A stretch of 64,000 nt of DNA, taken from Zancudomyces culisetae HAW-14-8. Lineage: Eukaryota; Fungi; Kickxellomycota. Shown piece by piece: positions 47,143 through 60,300 of this stretch. The translations under genes and the position numbers were made by a program. The stretch lies in the NCBI GenBank assembly GCA_052426225.1, contig JBNJNM010000015.1:434001-498000 (forward strand), given 5' to 3'. Each line of letters opens with the position of its first letter. The stretch's first letter is position 1. The notes beneath the pieces are model-generated. The model had not been told where the DNA came from. It made no database searches and was given only the letters and a program-made list of their open reading frames with translations.

Positions 47143-49422
47143 TTATTTTGTAAAAATGGGTAATAAAGAATAATCCCAATTCATATCCCAGCTGAGTTGG
47201 TTGAACTCATCTATTCCATCACGAAGCTTGTCCAGGGCATCAGTATTCTTTTCAAAATCCTTTAGCACAAACTGCATAGTCGTTTACATATATAAATGTT
47301 AGTTAGTAAATAATTATAACACATGGTAAAGATAATGAAACAGATGTGTACACACACAGGACTGTAAACATCCGAAATGTACCTCTTTTAAAGACTACTC
47401 AAGTAATATAACAAACAAAAAGGAATACTCACCATTAGCTTGCTGCATAGATCTTCACAATCTCTAAACACATATCCATTTTTCCCATCAACAACCAGCT
47501 CGTTTAAACAGTCGAAATTATAGGCCAAAACAGGAAGTCCGCATCCAAACATATCAACAACTTTCATGGGCAAATCCAGACCAGATGAGGAGGTGTGAAG
47601 CGAAACCCCCAAATCAGAACAACCCAAAAGCTTTGGATAATCCTCCGCAGGTAGCCAAGCAGTGGTTATGTGAACTTTATTCAGCTCAGTCAATGAAACC
47701 TTCTTTTTGAAGAGCTCCTTTCCTGGTCCCTTTCCAGTAATTATCACCAAAATATTTGGATAAGACGAATCGTTGCCTGTATTTGTTACAGCCAAGTCGT
47801 ACTGTTTTAAAGCATCAAGAAGTATATCAAAATCCTCGTCTTTTGTCCAACTTGTACTGCTAACTAATATTGCTGTCTTGTTGTCGTTTTTCCCTGTAAA
47901 TTTCATCACAGAGTTTCCGTTGGATTCAGTTTGTTTACTCATGAACGATGAAAACTTCTTTGGTATATTCGCTGCGGCTTCAGATAAAAAGAAAGTCCTC
48001 CAAAACTAAAATAAAAAATAATCAACAACACGGTTACCTTGGGAAAAAGCAGAAAGAAAAAAAAAGAACAGGTTATAATCAAGGATCTAAAGGCTTCTTA
48101 CCAACTTGGATTCATCTTGGCTCAACCTGTGGAACTCTTTTGGTGGCTTGTCGCAAAGAACTATGATTTTACCCCTAAAACACCATCCAAATTAAAAATT
48201 GAGATAAGAGGAATACAAAAATTTCCTAAAAAAGGTTAAGGGTAAAAGACAAGCAATATCACTTACCTGAGCCCCCAATTACGTTGAAGGTCATCTGCCA
48301 TAGCTTTTGTAACAGCTATGTTGTAATCGGCCATTTTTCCAATAAACTTTTCATATCTACAAGGTTAAAGTTATGCACAATAAATACGCCATCATTTTAA
48401 ATGCCGATAGTTTTATATCTAGATTACTTACACTTCAGCAATGTTGACCAAAAAACTATTTTTTCCCAATCTCATTGCCAATATTGAGTATCCATAATTG
48501 TGCCAATCAATAATCATTTTAGATTTACGGAAAAAACATATTAGCTTTACGACGGCCAGTGTAGGAATGGATGGTGGATTCTATTATCATGATCATCACT
48601 TATCAATCAGCTCCGCCTACCCTTGCGCTTCTATAAATGTCATTAATTGCCCGAAAATAGAGATAACATCAACGTACCTGTACCATAAAGTATTTAGTCG
48701 GCTTTATCATAAATGCCAGGACATAAAACAGCGAAAATATCTGGAATATAACCTTAAAGATCATATATATATAATATCCCGCCATTGGCCCCTCTTCTGG
48801 ATAGCTTGGGAAAGATGGAAGACTTATTAATCTGATCTTTTCGTGCTCCAATATCTCTTTTTTAGGAGTAGTGTCTATTTTAGTATTTATTAAATGTACA
48901 GATAAATATGTTGAACATTGGACATAGGTTGATTGTTATATTACGGCTTTTGGCTAATAGCCTTTTTTTTTAATGTAGAAAGGTATCTCTCAAATAGCCT
49001 TTTGTTTTACTTGTGATCATACCTTGAAAGGCCACTACACTAACACTAAACCCATGATTTGCCAAAGATAATGCATGGTACTGCATCCTAGGTGACCTCC
49101 CGATATCTCCAAAGACTATTAGCGCAATTCTTTGTCTCCGTTTCTCTCGCAATATCCTGCAAAGAATAGAAAGTGTATTCCCCTTCTTCCTACGTTTTGC
49201 ATTTTTACTTTGCTCATTGCCACTTGAGTATGGTTCGGATTGAGTGCCCTTTTCACTGGTTCCCGAGGTTTTCCTTTCGGTTTGTTCTTGATCCAAATTA
49301 GGCTCTACACAATTAGAATTGGCAGGAGTGTCTGTCTTTTCTTTGTCGGGCAGTTTTTGCTCAGAGCCTTTTTTTCTCTTTTGAACCTTACTGTTTTTCG
49401 TGCCGTTTTTGCCTTGTGGCAT
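47143..49422 (-). CDS. ALG1: Chitobiosyldiphosphodolichol beta-1,4-mannosyltransferase; multi-exon
   Basis: [74 protein letters not shown]; last exon ends ..[16 protein letters not shown] at 47143. Confidence 0.93.
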
Positions 49423-51367
49423 TTTTCTTTTTTGTTTCTTTACTTCCTAATATTTAGTTTTAATTTTTTTTAAGAAGTTTAATAAGTTTTCAATCAAGCT
49501 ATATATACGGTAAAGCTAAGAAATAGATCCTTCAGCTCTCTGGAACGATTAACCATTTTTCATTCCTCTTCAAAATCAAGCTGTTGTGTACAAGGTTTTA
49601 ATGTATGAAAAAGGGGTGGTGATAATAGGGCAAAACCACTTGGTATAAATTCAAACTAAATTGTCGCTCTTACTACTACACCTGGTAATCACTCACTTTA
49701 TATATAAATTACTACTTTACTGGCAATTCGTGCGTTTGCTACTCGCCTGTGTTTTTATATACTGATCTTATTGAGTATCTCTGTTTCACTTGCCTTCGAT
49801 ATTTCAAGCATATATGATCAACTTCGTCCTGAACAAAATCGAAATTATTAAATGCTAAAGTGCTTTTCTTTAGAAAAATATAGTTTAAAAATCAAAGCAA
49901 TGGGGATTTAAACTTTCCAAGTGCAAAATATACAGAAATAATAAAAAATAAAAATAGATTTGCTCAAAATCGGGAAAGAAGCGAGGGTGGAACGAGGAGT
50001 GGAATGAATATTGGCGGAAATCGGAAAATTAAACCTTATACAAACTTTATTTTTGCTTTTATTTTTATTTTTACTAAATTTGTGTGAGAACAAAAACATG
50101 GAAATAATCTATTTTTAGTTCCGCATATGATTAAAGCAATCAATTAGAAACGAAAAGAAGCAGATACAAGAATAGAAGCAAAAACAAATGGGATATAGGG
50201 TAGCAGTCTGTGATGCTGATAGTTGAGGTGTGATAAAAACCCGTTCTAATGTTGAACAACCTTATTTTTGCTTTCATCCCAGGAAAACACAACTCGTTGC
50301 TTTGGCTCTGAGTAGGCTTGTTCCTTTTGCTTGAAAAGTATAATGGTAAGAGAGATAAAAAGTATTTGTTGGATTATCCTTATAATATGTGTTTTAGCCA
50401 ACAAAGTTCCATAGCTGCTCGGGTATAAAACACTGTTTTTAATTCAACACCCTTATCATTTCCTGACCAAGTTGTCTTGTTTTAGTTGTCCAGTTTGTAG
50501 TGGTTAAAGGCAGTACATGAACTGATTGATTATTTGCCAATTTTATACATTAAACCCCATGATTCGTAGTATAGAGCTTTGGCATCTCCGCTTTATACCT
50601 GATTAATTTAATACCTGTTTCCTATTTAATTAAAGAGTCATTGGTATCAACATTAACCGTACTTCTGATAAACGCTATCCAGCTAAGAGCCCTTTTTCTG
50701 TATTTCTTTTTATTCAGAACACTGTTTTCTTTAATTAAAAAAAAGCATGTACTAAGTGAATTTTGGCGACAAATCAACACTTTTGTAGGATTAATGTGAA
50801 AATACGAGTAATACTAATGGTAATCACACTGCAAATACATTCCCCCTCAAAAAATAAAAAGCTAATATCGGTTTGTTGTACCAGTATGAGTCTGAGGGGT
50901 TAGCACATACCATCTTCTTTTACTGCCAGCACACGAAAAGAACAAGCTGAACTAGGGATACACCACTTGCTTGAGCTGTACTAACTCTGCTAAATTTGTA
51001 AAAGCGGATATCATACAAAATCCAACAAAAACAGCCCTCCCCCCCCTCCCGTTTTATTGGGTTTCTAACTTTTTGTACTATTTAACCAACAGCAAATGTA
51101 ATTCAAATCCAAATAATGAAATCCGAAACCAGTACCAACACCAACACCAACACCAATACCAAAAAAAAAAGTAGAACCATTTAGAGATTACTGGTTTACT
51201 ATGAAAACAAGAGTTGTTTTTTCACTCTTTTTTTGGTGAGAAAGAGCAAATGGTGAAATGGTGAACAAAGCTGTGTTCTTAGAATAATACAAATTTAAAT
51301 AATGAATCAAAATCGCAAAGATTTTTAGGCTGAACACAATCATATTGCTCATCTAAAACCTCTTTTG

Positions 51368-52198
51368 TTAAGTTCGGTTTGCTTTTTTAAAATCCAAGGG
51401 ACTAGTATAGCTTTTAATGTCAATAGACCAGATTCCAAGACGACGTTTTTTGGCTATTTTCTGAGCCGTCAATAATGCCACCTTGTGTTTAGTACTATAA
51501 AACTCAACATCTTTGCCAGAATAGATCTCAGCCATCCCAGCCTTAACGAGTTCAAGTGATATATCATGCTTTTTTAGGAATAATGTGGATGGTTTGCGAA
51601 TATATGCGAGACAGACCAATCGGTCGTAAAAATCCTTTTTGAGGGGCAAGAAACGAACGGTTTTTCCATCATTAAACCAACTAGGTCGACTAAAAGCACT
51701 GAGCCCAATAGTTTGCATACCGGTTCCAGTACCACTATTGGTGTTCGTGTTTCTAGAGTTGGTTAATAACATGTCCGAGAGATATTGCTTAGACTCGCGG
51801 GCAAATGGTTGCTGAGCTTTTCCAAAATGAGCCATTTCAGGTGCGTCGATACCATAAAGTCGTATACTTATCGTATTTTCGGATAAAACGAGTTTCTTTT
51901 TGTCTTTACCCCTGACGGTACTGCCATTCCCAATAGCACCTGAGGAATTAGATATTTTCTTTGTCGTGCTTGAGGGTTTATTCGTGTTTTTGCCTTGAGT
52001 ATTAGTAGATCTCAATTTAAAACGCAAAAAGTTGTAAAACAAAAGCAATGGATTAAGAAGGTATGGTATAGTAGGTGTATGCCACACCCTGATCGTGTCG
52101 CCATCAGCTACACTTACTACTTTTCCCACCAGAAGTTTGGATTTGTAGTAACTCCTTGGAACATCGAGCGCAGTTCTGAATCGCTTGAATAGGGTCAT
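51368..52198 (-). CDS. LCL3: Staphylococcal nuclease-family endonuclease (LCL3-like)
   Basis: GKVVSVADGDTIRVWH, IRLYGIDAPEMAHFGKAQQPF, DFYDRLV, LVKAGMAEIY, AKKRRLGIW. Confidence 0.88.
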   Translation of the reverse strand: MTLFKRFRTALDVPRSYYKSKLLVGKVVSVADGDTIRVWHTPTIPYLLNPLLLFYNFLRFKLRSTNTQGKNTNKPSSTTKKISNSSGAIGNGSTVRGKDKKKLVLSENTISIRLYGIDAPEMAHFGKAQQPFARESKQYLSDMLLTNSRNTNTNSGTGTGMQTIGLSAFSRPSWFNDGKTVRFLPLKKDFYDRLVCLAYIRKPSTLFLKKHDISLELVKAGMAEIYSGKDVEFYSTKHKVALLTAQKIAKKRRLGIWSIDIKSYTSPLDFKKANRT

Positions 52199-52655
52199 TT
52201 GTGTGTTTAATATTGGGAATCGAATTGTAGTTGGATTCGATATTGACGAGTTTTTAGAATGCTTGTGTATAACTGTTGCCGAGTAGTAGTTTGCTCGAAT
52301 GCTCGGATACTTGAAATCATTCCTTGTGTTTAGGAGCGATCTTTACTATTTAAGCAAAGTAAAAGAACGAACCAGGGGAGAAGGTGTAATAACCATCAGC
52401 TCAGGAAAATCACTGAGATTAAATGTAGTAAATAAATAAATTGTTGGCCATACTTGCACATGATTGATAATTTCGCATACATTTATCATTTCCAAAAAGG
52501 AAAAAGAGAGGGGGAGGTAGAAAACAAAACTCAAAAGCGTTAAAGGACGTGGTTAAGAAAGAGGAGATTTATGTGCTCACATTGCTTTACTAGTTAAAAA
52601 AAATAGAGTGTATGAACAAAAAAAACAAAAGGCTAGTTAATAAAAGGGGGAAGCC

Positions 52656-55600
52656 TTATCGGAATAATTTATAGTCAACAAGTATATCACCACTAACTAC
52701 AAGCATCTCGTTTAAGAGTGCAAGTTTGTTAAGTTGGAACTTTGAAGAATCAATCTGTTCATCACCACCATCTTCATTGCTGTTATTACCAGAAGATCCG
52801 GCAAGAGAGATGGGTGCAATGTTAGTATGGACATTAGCATTGAACGAAAGGGTTTTGTTGTTGTATAATGGAGTCCACAGACCAGCAATAACGTTTTGGG
52901 AAAGATGGTATACGTCGTGGAAGAATATAGCAGATTTGTGATAAATAGTATCCAACTCTGATCGGAGAGATGATATGGTGTCGAATGTTGGGGTTTCCAG
53001 GTTTTTGGTGTTGTTAACAGCGTCATCAGCGTCATTTTCATCAAGAACATCAAGGATGTTGCTATTGGATAATGCTTCGCTTATAGCAATGTTCTTGAAC
53101 ATATTTAAGTTAGATTTGCCGTTTTTACCAGTGTTGCCTTTAGCTGACTGGGTAGAGGTTATATTGGAAAACGAGTTGGCGCAGTAGGCTGGATTTATAA
53201 ACAAAACAAAGTCATAGTGAGACAGTGGAGAATTGAAAAAGATGTTTTGGTTGTTTGTATCCAAAAAGGTCAAACAACTGGAGGCCAAATTCATCAGACG
53301 ATGGGCAGTCAGCGAAGAAAGTACAGTGTACAGATTGGCGTTATGTTCGTTGATTATAGTAGGGTGGATTACTGACACTGGGCAGGAACAATCCTCAATG
53401 TCAACATAAACCTGCAAAGCACCCAAAAGGTTCTTCTTGGTTGCTTTCAAGGTTGCAAAGCTTTCACTAATCAGTTTGTTTGTGGCACTAATGCTTTTGC
53501 TTCGGGTGGTCTTTGCAATAGAGTTGAGAATTGTCTGTTGACGAACACCAGCATCGGCACTAGTACTGGTACCTGCTTCGTTCTCATTGTCGTTCTCATT
53601 ATCATCGTTGTTGGTAGAATCAAATCGAATTACCAACGGTGTAGATGAACAGTCGAATGAAGCCAAAAAGTGCAGAACGTTGATGAAGGCCTTTGTGTAA
53701 GAACCAAGCAAGTTGTTGTGACTGGGGACAGAATCTCCGGACTGGTTCGATTGATTTATACTGGTAGTGTTTATAATAAACACGTGGGCAACAATTAGTT
53801 CGGCCAATTCTTCAGAAATCCAAAACGTGCCAAATGAATTTGTTTCGTAGCCAATTGTACCAGTGGCCAGCAGGAAATGGGAACTCAGCCATTTTTTAAA
53901 CAATTTTACAGTCAACGAAAAAGTTGGATAGTATTTTTTGTTCAACTGCTCGATTTTATGATGTAAGGCTGGTAAGAAATCAAAGGTTTGAGTGTAGCAG
54001 TTGAGGTATGATTTGAGCAGTGCTTGGGTATAGTGTGTCTTGATGCTATTGTTGGTAGACAAGAGACGCAATAGTCTAGAGACAATTTGTTTCTCTCGAT
54101 CCAACTTGAGGTATATTTTGTAAACCACGTTTTCGTCAAGAATTTCTAGCCACAGATCGTCCATGTTGCGTTGGAGTTCTGCCAGCCACAACATCACATG
54201 TTGGGCACTTCCACTGCTGGTTAGCAATCTGTTATTGACATACTTGCTGTTAAATTGGTTGGGGTCTGTAATATTATGATATTTGCACGCAATGTTGATA
54301 TCATCTCCATATTTTTCTTTGTAGACTTGACCAACCTTCAACAACATAGCTGTCTTTACTTTGTATAATGCCAACAAGTTGTTTTCTGGCCATTTTGTGG
54401 ATCCCTCAAGCTCAAACACGACCTCAACGACAGGTTTCAAGTGTCTCTTGTCATTATTTGTGTAAGGTGCAATGCTTGTTGCTCTTAGATAAGGCGAAAT
54501 GTTTTTAATACTTGTGACCTGTAATGGTAGTTCCTCATTGATTGCATAGACCCTCTTGGTAAAGTCAACAAATTGTACCGAGAGGTGTTCATTGGTGGCC
54601 ATTTCCAGCTTGGCCTTGCTAGCTAGCTGATCTATTTGCTTTGTTACTTTTTCAATTATGTACAAACTGTGTTTTGTAGTAGCCGCAAAATGTCTCTTAG
54701 TCAACAAGTAGTCAATCATTTGCGTAATGATTTCCAATCTATGTGTAATTCCACCATTGTTATTAGCACTACCATTTTGTGTATCATTCCACACTGTACA
54801 TATCCTGATACTTCCATCCTTAAATCTTCGTAACTCTGCTCTTTCACTCCCCCAAAGATTTACAAATTTATCTTTTTGAGCTGCATCAATAGGACCAAGC
54901 TCTACTAGTTTCATTGCTTCTTGCGGATTTACATTGATGCCTACAGTAATTTGCCCATTTGTATTCATCAAGTATATCAAAGTTGTTCGGTTTTGCAACC
55001 CAGCCTTCAGTATCCTGTAGACTTGATTTTGAAAGTATTTCTCGTCATTTGCCATATCCATTCGCTTATTATTAATATTGTGCTCTGCCTGTGGGTTTTT
55101 TACTGTCTTCAGTGTATATATGTAGTCAAAGTTCAATATTGATTGCGTCTTATTATTAATAAATATCTTGAAAAATACGTCTTCTTCCTCTTGTTCCTCT
55201 CTTATACCATCACCATTGAACCTTGCACCAATTCCAGCATCTAATAGCTCAAGAGTCATCCTGGCCTCCTGCTTTATTCTCATTATTTCCCACTTATCCA
55301 CTCCCGCCAACAGATTCAGTTGCCCAGTTGGATCAGCAAACACATTGTCAAAGTGTGCTTTGAATTTAGACATTTCATAGCTCGCTGTAGCCTGTGGTAA
55401 GTTCTCTGCTACTTTAACTGGTTCATATCCCATTTCTATTCCTTCTGAGTCCCTAAAATGGTCCCGAATGAACACCATCAAACTTCGAAACAATTGGTAT
55501 GAGCTTATATTTCCGCTTATCCTCCCTAAAATACTTGCATTTCTATTACCTACCGAACCAGACCCAGATCCAGAGTTTTGAGATCCATTGATAAGCCATG

Positions 55601-56963
55601 CAAGAATCATTGTCAAAATAAACCCATTCATCTCTCCTCCAAATTTTCTTTGGCTGAGCCACACCTTACTTAGCACCACAGCGTCTCTAAAGCTTTCACT
55701 TTGCTTGCTCGTCTCATACAGATATTTTAGATGTGTGAAATACTGGCTTTCGGCAACCATCGCTGTGTTGTACAAAGGAGTAGCTACCTCCGTTTCCGTT
55801 TCCGTTTCCACACCTGTTTTTCCGACTTTTTCAATATTCATAACTTTCTTTATAAAATCACCTCTAACATTGTTCTTTTCTGGTGAGAACTTTTGTCTAG
55901 CAAACAGTGTGCTAGATATGGTAGGGATCAGCCGAATCTTAATGCCGCCGTTACGCCCTCCGTTCTTGTGCTTAAGAGTTCCTTCGATAATTGTAATGCG
56001 CTTATCTCCTCTTAGTTCAGAATACCTAAAGCCCAAATCTTTTGCTAATGCCTTATCTTTAAGCAGTTCACTCATTACACACTGCAAATAGAACGCTCTT
56101 TTATAAAAATATCGATAGTTCACACAATCTTTATCGGTAAATAACTCGTCGGGCATTTTAATCGCGATATCTACACCAAACCCTTCTCGAGTATCTGCTG
56201 CCATTCCAAGACCAAAAGATCCCACTATTGAGATCTGTTCTGGCTTCTTATATCCCACCTTCAAGTTTTTGGCATAGTCTTTTGGTATCTCGGCAAAATA
56301 AGGGTTCACATATTCTACTACTTCGGCAACCTCTTCACTACCCTCATTGATTGATTCTTTGTTTGACTCGTTATGTTTTTTTCCCTTTCCGCTCTTTTTC
56401 TGATTGCCACTATTTTTGGTACTGTTTTTTTCCTTTTCAACTTTTCTGTGCTTGTTACCAGATTTAACCTTCTCTACTCCCTTTTCAAGCTCGATTTCTG
56501 CAATATCTGTGCTCTTCTCCAAGATAGCACTGATTTTCTTGATATATTCCTCAACCCTTTTGGTTTTTGCACTTTGGACTTCTACTCTGCTCTCTTTCAA
56601 CAATTCTTCAGTATGAAGCATGAATATGTTGGACTTGAACAACATGGGAGCTTCTTTCATGATACTCAGCTCTTCAATCGTTGGAAGAGCGCCCTTTCTT
56701 TTAGTTTTATTCTTTCCATGCTGGACCGCCTTCCCCTCTTCCATTGTCTGGTCTGCATCACCTTCGCCATCCGAACTCAAATCCAGCTCTGATCCTGAAT
56801 CCGAATCCAACTCCAATTCTGACCCAAAATCATCCTGATACTCGTTAATTCCACCACTTTCACTTTCACTTCCGCTGCTGTTTTTATGTACATCTACTTT
56901 AATTTTAGCTGCCTTTTTGTCAGCTTTTTTCTCTTTGATCTTTCTTTTCAATGAGTTTGACAT
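52656..56963 (-). CDS. UTP22: U3 snoRNA-associated protein 22 / NOL6 (Nrap); intronless, 1435 aa
   Basis: LFKSNIF, IVGSF, VDIAIKMPDELFTDKDCVNYRYFYKRAFYL, LWGSERAELRRFKDGSI, FELEGSTKWP, KKWLSSH. Confidence 0.93.
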   Translation of the reverse strand: MSNSLKRKIKEKKADKKAAKIKVDVHKNSSGSESESGGINEYQDDFGSELELDSDSGSELDLSSDGEGDADQTMEEGKAVQHGKNKTKRKGALPTIEELSIMKEAPMLFKSNIFMLHTEELLKESRVEVQSAKTKRVEEYIKKISAILEKSTDIAEIELEKGVEKVKSGNKHRKVEKEKNSTKNSGNQKKSGKGKKHNESNKESINEGSEEVAEVVEYVNPYFAEIPKDYAKNLKVGYKKPEQISIVGSFGLGMAADTREGFGVDIAIKMPDELFTDKDCVNYRYFYKRAFYLQCVMSELLKDKALAKDLGFRYSELRGDKRITIIEGTLKHKNGGRNGGIKIRLIPTISSTLFARQKFSPEKNNVRGDFIKKVMNIEKVGKTGVETETETEVATPLYNTAMVAESQYFTHLKYLYETSKQSESFRDAVVLSKVWLSQRKFGGEMNGFILTMILAWLINGSQNSGSGSGSVGNRNASILGRISGNISSYQLFRSLMVFIRDHFRDSEGIEMGYEPVKVAENLPQATASYEMSKFKAHFDNVFADPTGQLNLLAGVDKWEIMRIKQEARMTLELLDAGIGARFNGDGIREEQEEEDVFFKIFINNKTQSILNFDYIYTLKTVKNPQAEHNINNKRMDMANDEKYFQNQVYRILKAGLQNRTTLIYLMNTNGQITVGINVNPQEAMKLVELGPIDAAQKDKFVNLWGSERAELRRFKDGSIRICTVWNDTQNGSANNNGGITHRLEIITQMIDYLLTKRHFAATTKHSLYIIEKVTKQIDQLASKAKLEMATNEHLSVQFVDFTKRVYAINEELPLQVTSIKNISPYLRATSIAPYTNNDKRHLKPVVEVVFELEGSTKWPENNLLALYKVKTAMLLKVGQVYKEKYGDDINIACKYHNITDPNQFNSKYVNNRLLTSSGSAQHVMLWLAELQRNMDDLWLEILDENVVYKIYLKLDREKQIVSRLLRLLSTNNSIKTHYTQALLKSYLNCYTQTFDFLPALHHKIEQLNKKYYPTFSLTVKLFKKWLSSHFLLATGTIGYETNSFGTFWISEELAELIVAHVFIINTTSINQSNQSGDSVPSHNNLLGSYTKAFINVLHFLASFDCSSTPLVIRFDSTNNDDNENDNENEAGTSTSADAGVRQQTILNSIAKTTRSKSISATNKLISESFATLKATKKNLLGALQVYVDIEDCSCPVSVIHPTIINEHNANLYTVLSSLTAHRLMNLASSCLTFLDTNNQNIFFNSPLSHYDFVLFINPAYCANSFSNITSTQSAKGNTGKNGKSNLNMFKNIAISEALSNSNILDVLDENDADDAVNNTKNLETPTFDTISSLRSELDTIYHKSAIFFHDVYHLSQNVIAGLWTPLYNNKTLSFNANVHTNIAPISLAGSSGNNSNEDGGDEQIDSSKFQLNKLALLNEMLVVSGDILVDYKLFR

Positions 56964-57399
56964 TTCTACTAATATCTGTAAAGTCTAGTTGTTTTTTTTT
57001 TGTACTTTTTGTATGTGAGTGTATTTACATTTATATATATAATACGTGTCTTTTAAAGTTTACGAGTTGCTGGCTGACTTGACTATACAATAAAAAAAAA
57101 ATTTTTTTTTCCTGTATTGCCAAAATTTTGATCCAGTTCAGAAATCTTTCTCCAAAAATATAAAAATAAAAAAAAAAGTTAGCAAATAAACGCAGGCACA
57201 AAATAAAGGAAAAAAAATTTTTTTTCAGTAGTTGGATCCAAAAGATTGTTTTCAAGTACTTTCCTTCAAAGTGTTGAGATCATCTGGTATCAGTATTTCA
57301 AGGGGAGTGTGGAGATAAAGAGTACCATACGATCAAATAAAACAGTATAAAAAAGACAAAACCCAAGCAAAAATTAGCGGATAAAGTTGTTTTGGTATA

Positions 57400-60300
57400 T
57401 CAACGCGTTTTCAACTCCATTAATAGCATTCGGTTCATTGAAGGGTTTCTGGAACATGTGTTCAAATGGATACCTAAAAAAAACATTACAATACATATAT
57501 AGTTTGTGAAGTTTTTAATTTACTATTATTATTTTTTATTTTTCTCTCACTTTGCAGAAATCGTTCAACTCTTTTGTAAATGGATGATGACTTGATTAGT
57601 GTATAAGCATAAATATGTAAGGAAAAGGTCTTACAGTTAAAACATCCGGATTTGCACACACAGCTACGAATTATGTTTTTCACACCAAATGCTAGTAGAT
57701 ACTCGAACAAATCTGTAGATTTGTCCGAATGCGACGCGTACAGAGCGCGTAGAATGGCTGGGTTAGTTGGCGAGTAAAATATTAGCATTCTTTCAGGAAT
57801 TTTGTCCCCTGCGCCATGATTTTCACCTCTGTTCCAATTTTGAACCAAAGTAAAATTACTAACATTGTTGCTGTTTATAAAATCGCAGCAGTTTGTGTTT
57901 ATTCGTGATATCCCACATATCTTCTTGATCGAGTTAGCAAATAAATGGCAGAGGAGATGTGATACATCAAAACTATTGACAGCTCCTCCACCAACAGATA
58001 TGTGTGAATGCGTAGATATATCTTTGCTATTGATACCACCATCATTATTGCTGACACTATTACCACTATTACTATCTGTACTGTTCAATGTTTTACAAAG
58101 AAGTTGGCTGAAATTTGTATTCAGACATCTGATCATTAAAGCTTGGGTTATGTATGAAATTGTTACTGGCTCATCGATTTTATAACAAATAGTACTTTTA
58201 CTTTTGCTGTTGCTGTTCCTTTTGTCTGCGTCTATCCCCACATTTGCAGCTCTATTGGCACCAATAGCAAAACTAAAATTGCGATCCTCAAGTTTGTAGG
58301 ATTTTATTTTGTTGTTGACTTTTATGAGAGAATTTGAACCGTGTATACTGCTAGTGCCTATGCCTTTTTGTAGAATATCAATCGACGTCTCGACATCGCC
58401 TACACTGGTTACATGATATCTGTACTGACTTTTATCTTCAGAAACAAACAGCTTTCTAGAAATGGCAATTTTGAGATCTAGGAGAAATCCAGTGATCTTG
58501 TAGTACTCTCCCTTGAATATGTACACTTTATCTTTATACAAACTATCAGACGCACGATACGGCTCTAGAGTTTCGAGTACTCGATATGCACTAAAGCCAC
58601 CACCATTAAATTCAATAATGGTCCAGTCATTATTTCCAACAGCACCCCCTCGGCCATCAATGGTATTAAAACCGCGAACACCGTACTCATTTCCAGAAGG
58701 TCCGAGTCCGTTGGTGTGAGCCTCATTAACAAAACTTGCCCGTATTGGGACCTTTATGGCGGGGTAAGGCTTGTAGTACAAAGTCGGTATATACGTACCG
58801 TATTTGGAATCAAAAAGTAGTGTCTCCTCAGCTAGTTTTGAGATATTCTCGCTATCCTCATCTGGATCGGAAACGTTTTTATTGATATGTGTATACCATC
58901 GCAGATTTGTTACCCTTTGTCCCACATGACATGTACACTCACTTGCCTGGTGTGTCCCAGGGAATCTAATTCCAGAGAGGGTCTCTCTACCACCATCTGG
59001 GGAACTAAACACAGTATCCCCTTCAAGCTCACCAACGCGTATAGCTAACTCGAATGCCGCACATTGTAAATGCTGTTTGACTATATCACTGCAATAAGCG
59101 ATTTGACAATCTAGCAGTTCAAGATTTCTCACAGCCTGTAAACCATTGCTTGACTCTTGATCGATATCTTCTCTGCGTTGCTCTTCAGAGCTGCCATTTG
59201 TATTTTTAGTGACCAAATCATACAGTACTACAATAGCTGTATTTCTTTCTAACTGTGCAAATTTTCTGTCCCCACCATCACCATTTAACACATGGTTGCA
59301 CTCTAACGGCCGGCTAGAAATTCTTCCTGATCTTCCTATTTGCTGTAGATACTGTGTTTTGCTGTACGGCATTCCCAAGATGATTGTTAATTCCAAGCTC
59401 CCTATATCGATTCCTAATTCTAGCGCAGATGTAGAGATAATCAGCCTTATTCGATTGTTAAACATGAGTTTTTCAATGTTCCTTCTCTCCTGTGGGGTAT
59501 ACCCACCACGATAGGGCTGCACATACTCTATCAGCTCCTCTTTTCCATACGTTTTAAGTTTGCTGACTAACTTAAAGTATATCAACTCGCACTGCTCACG
59601 GGTTCTGCAAAATAAAATCGTTTTCACATTGCTTTGAACCACCATGAAACCAATATCGACAACATCACTCAAATATCCTTTTTCTGAGTTGCTATTATTC
59701 TTGCTTGAATTCCAAACTACCAAGTCCTAAATTATTTTGGTATTTTCAATAACTGGCTTTTAGAAAAATAATTGTGGAATAAAATTTATGTAAATATACC
59801 CCTTCTTTATAAACACTTTTGTTAAAATTGACTCGCGTTAAAATAATAGAAATGATGATAGATATTAAATTTGGGTACCTGGGGCTTTTTCGGTGATCCG
59901 TCCACACTAATCAGCTCGAAATGCGTGGTGTTTGTCAAGTCTACGGCAAACTATCATTTTAATGTATCGAAAGTGTTAGTATTCGCCAGTTCTTTTTCGG
60001 GGGAAAAAAAAGTGTGATAGTTATGGGTATTAGACTGAAAATCACATCAAATACCAACTTATTTCGAAACCGTTTACCTTCAAAGGGTTTTCTATGGTAG
60101 CGCTACTCAAAATAAATTGGATCCTATCACGAGAATCGCTTTGAGTAAAATGAGAGCATATCCGGAGCAGTCTTGCTAAAATCATCTTCATATGCATTCC
60201 GAAACTTTGGTTGTACACATGAACCTCGTCAATCACCACTAGCTTTAAATTTTGTAAAAATAGCCTCCACCTACTGTTGTTACTGCTATTACTATGTGGG

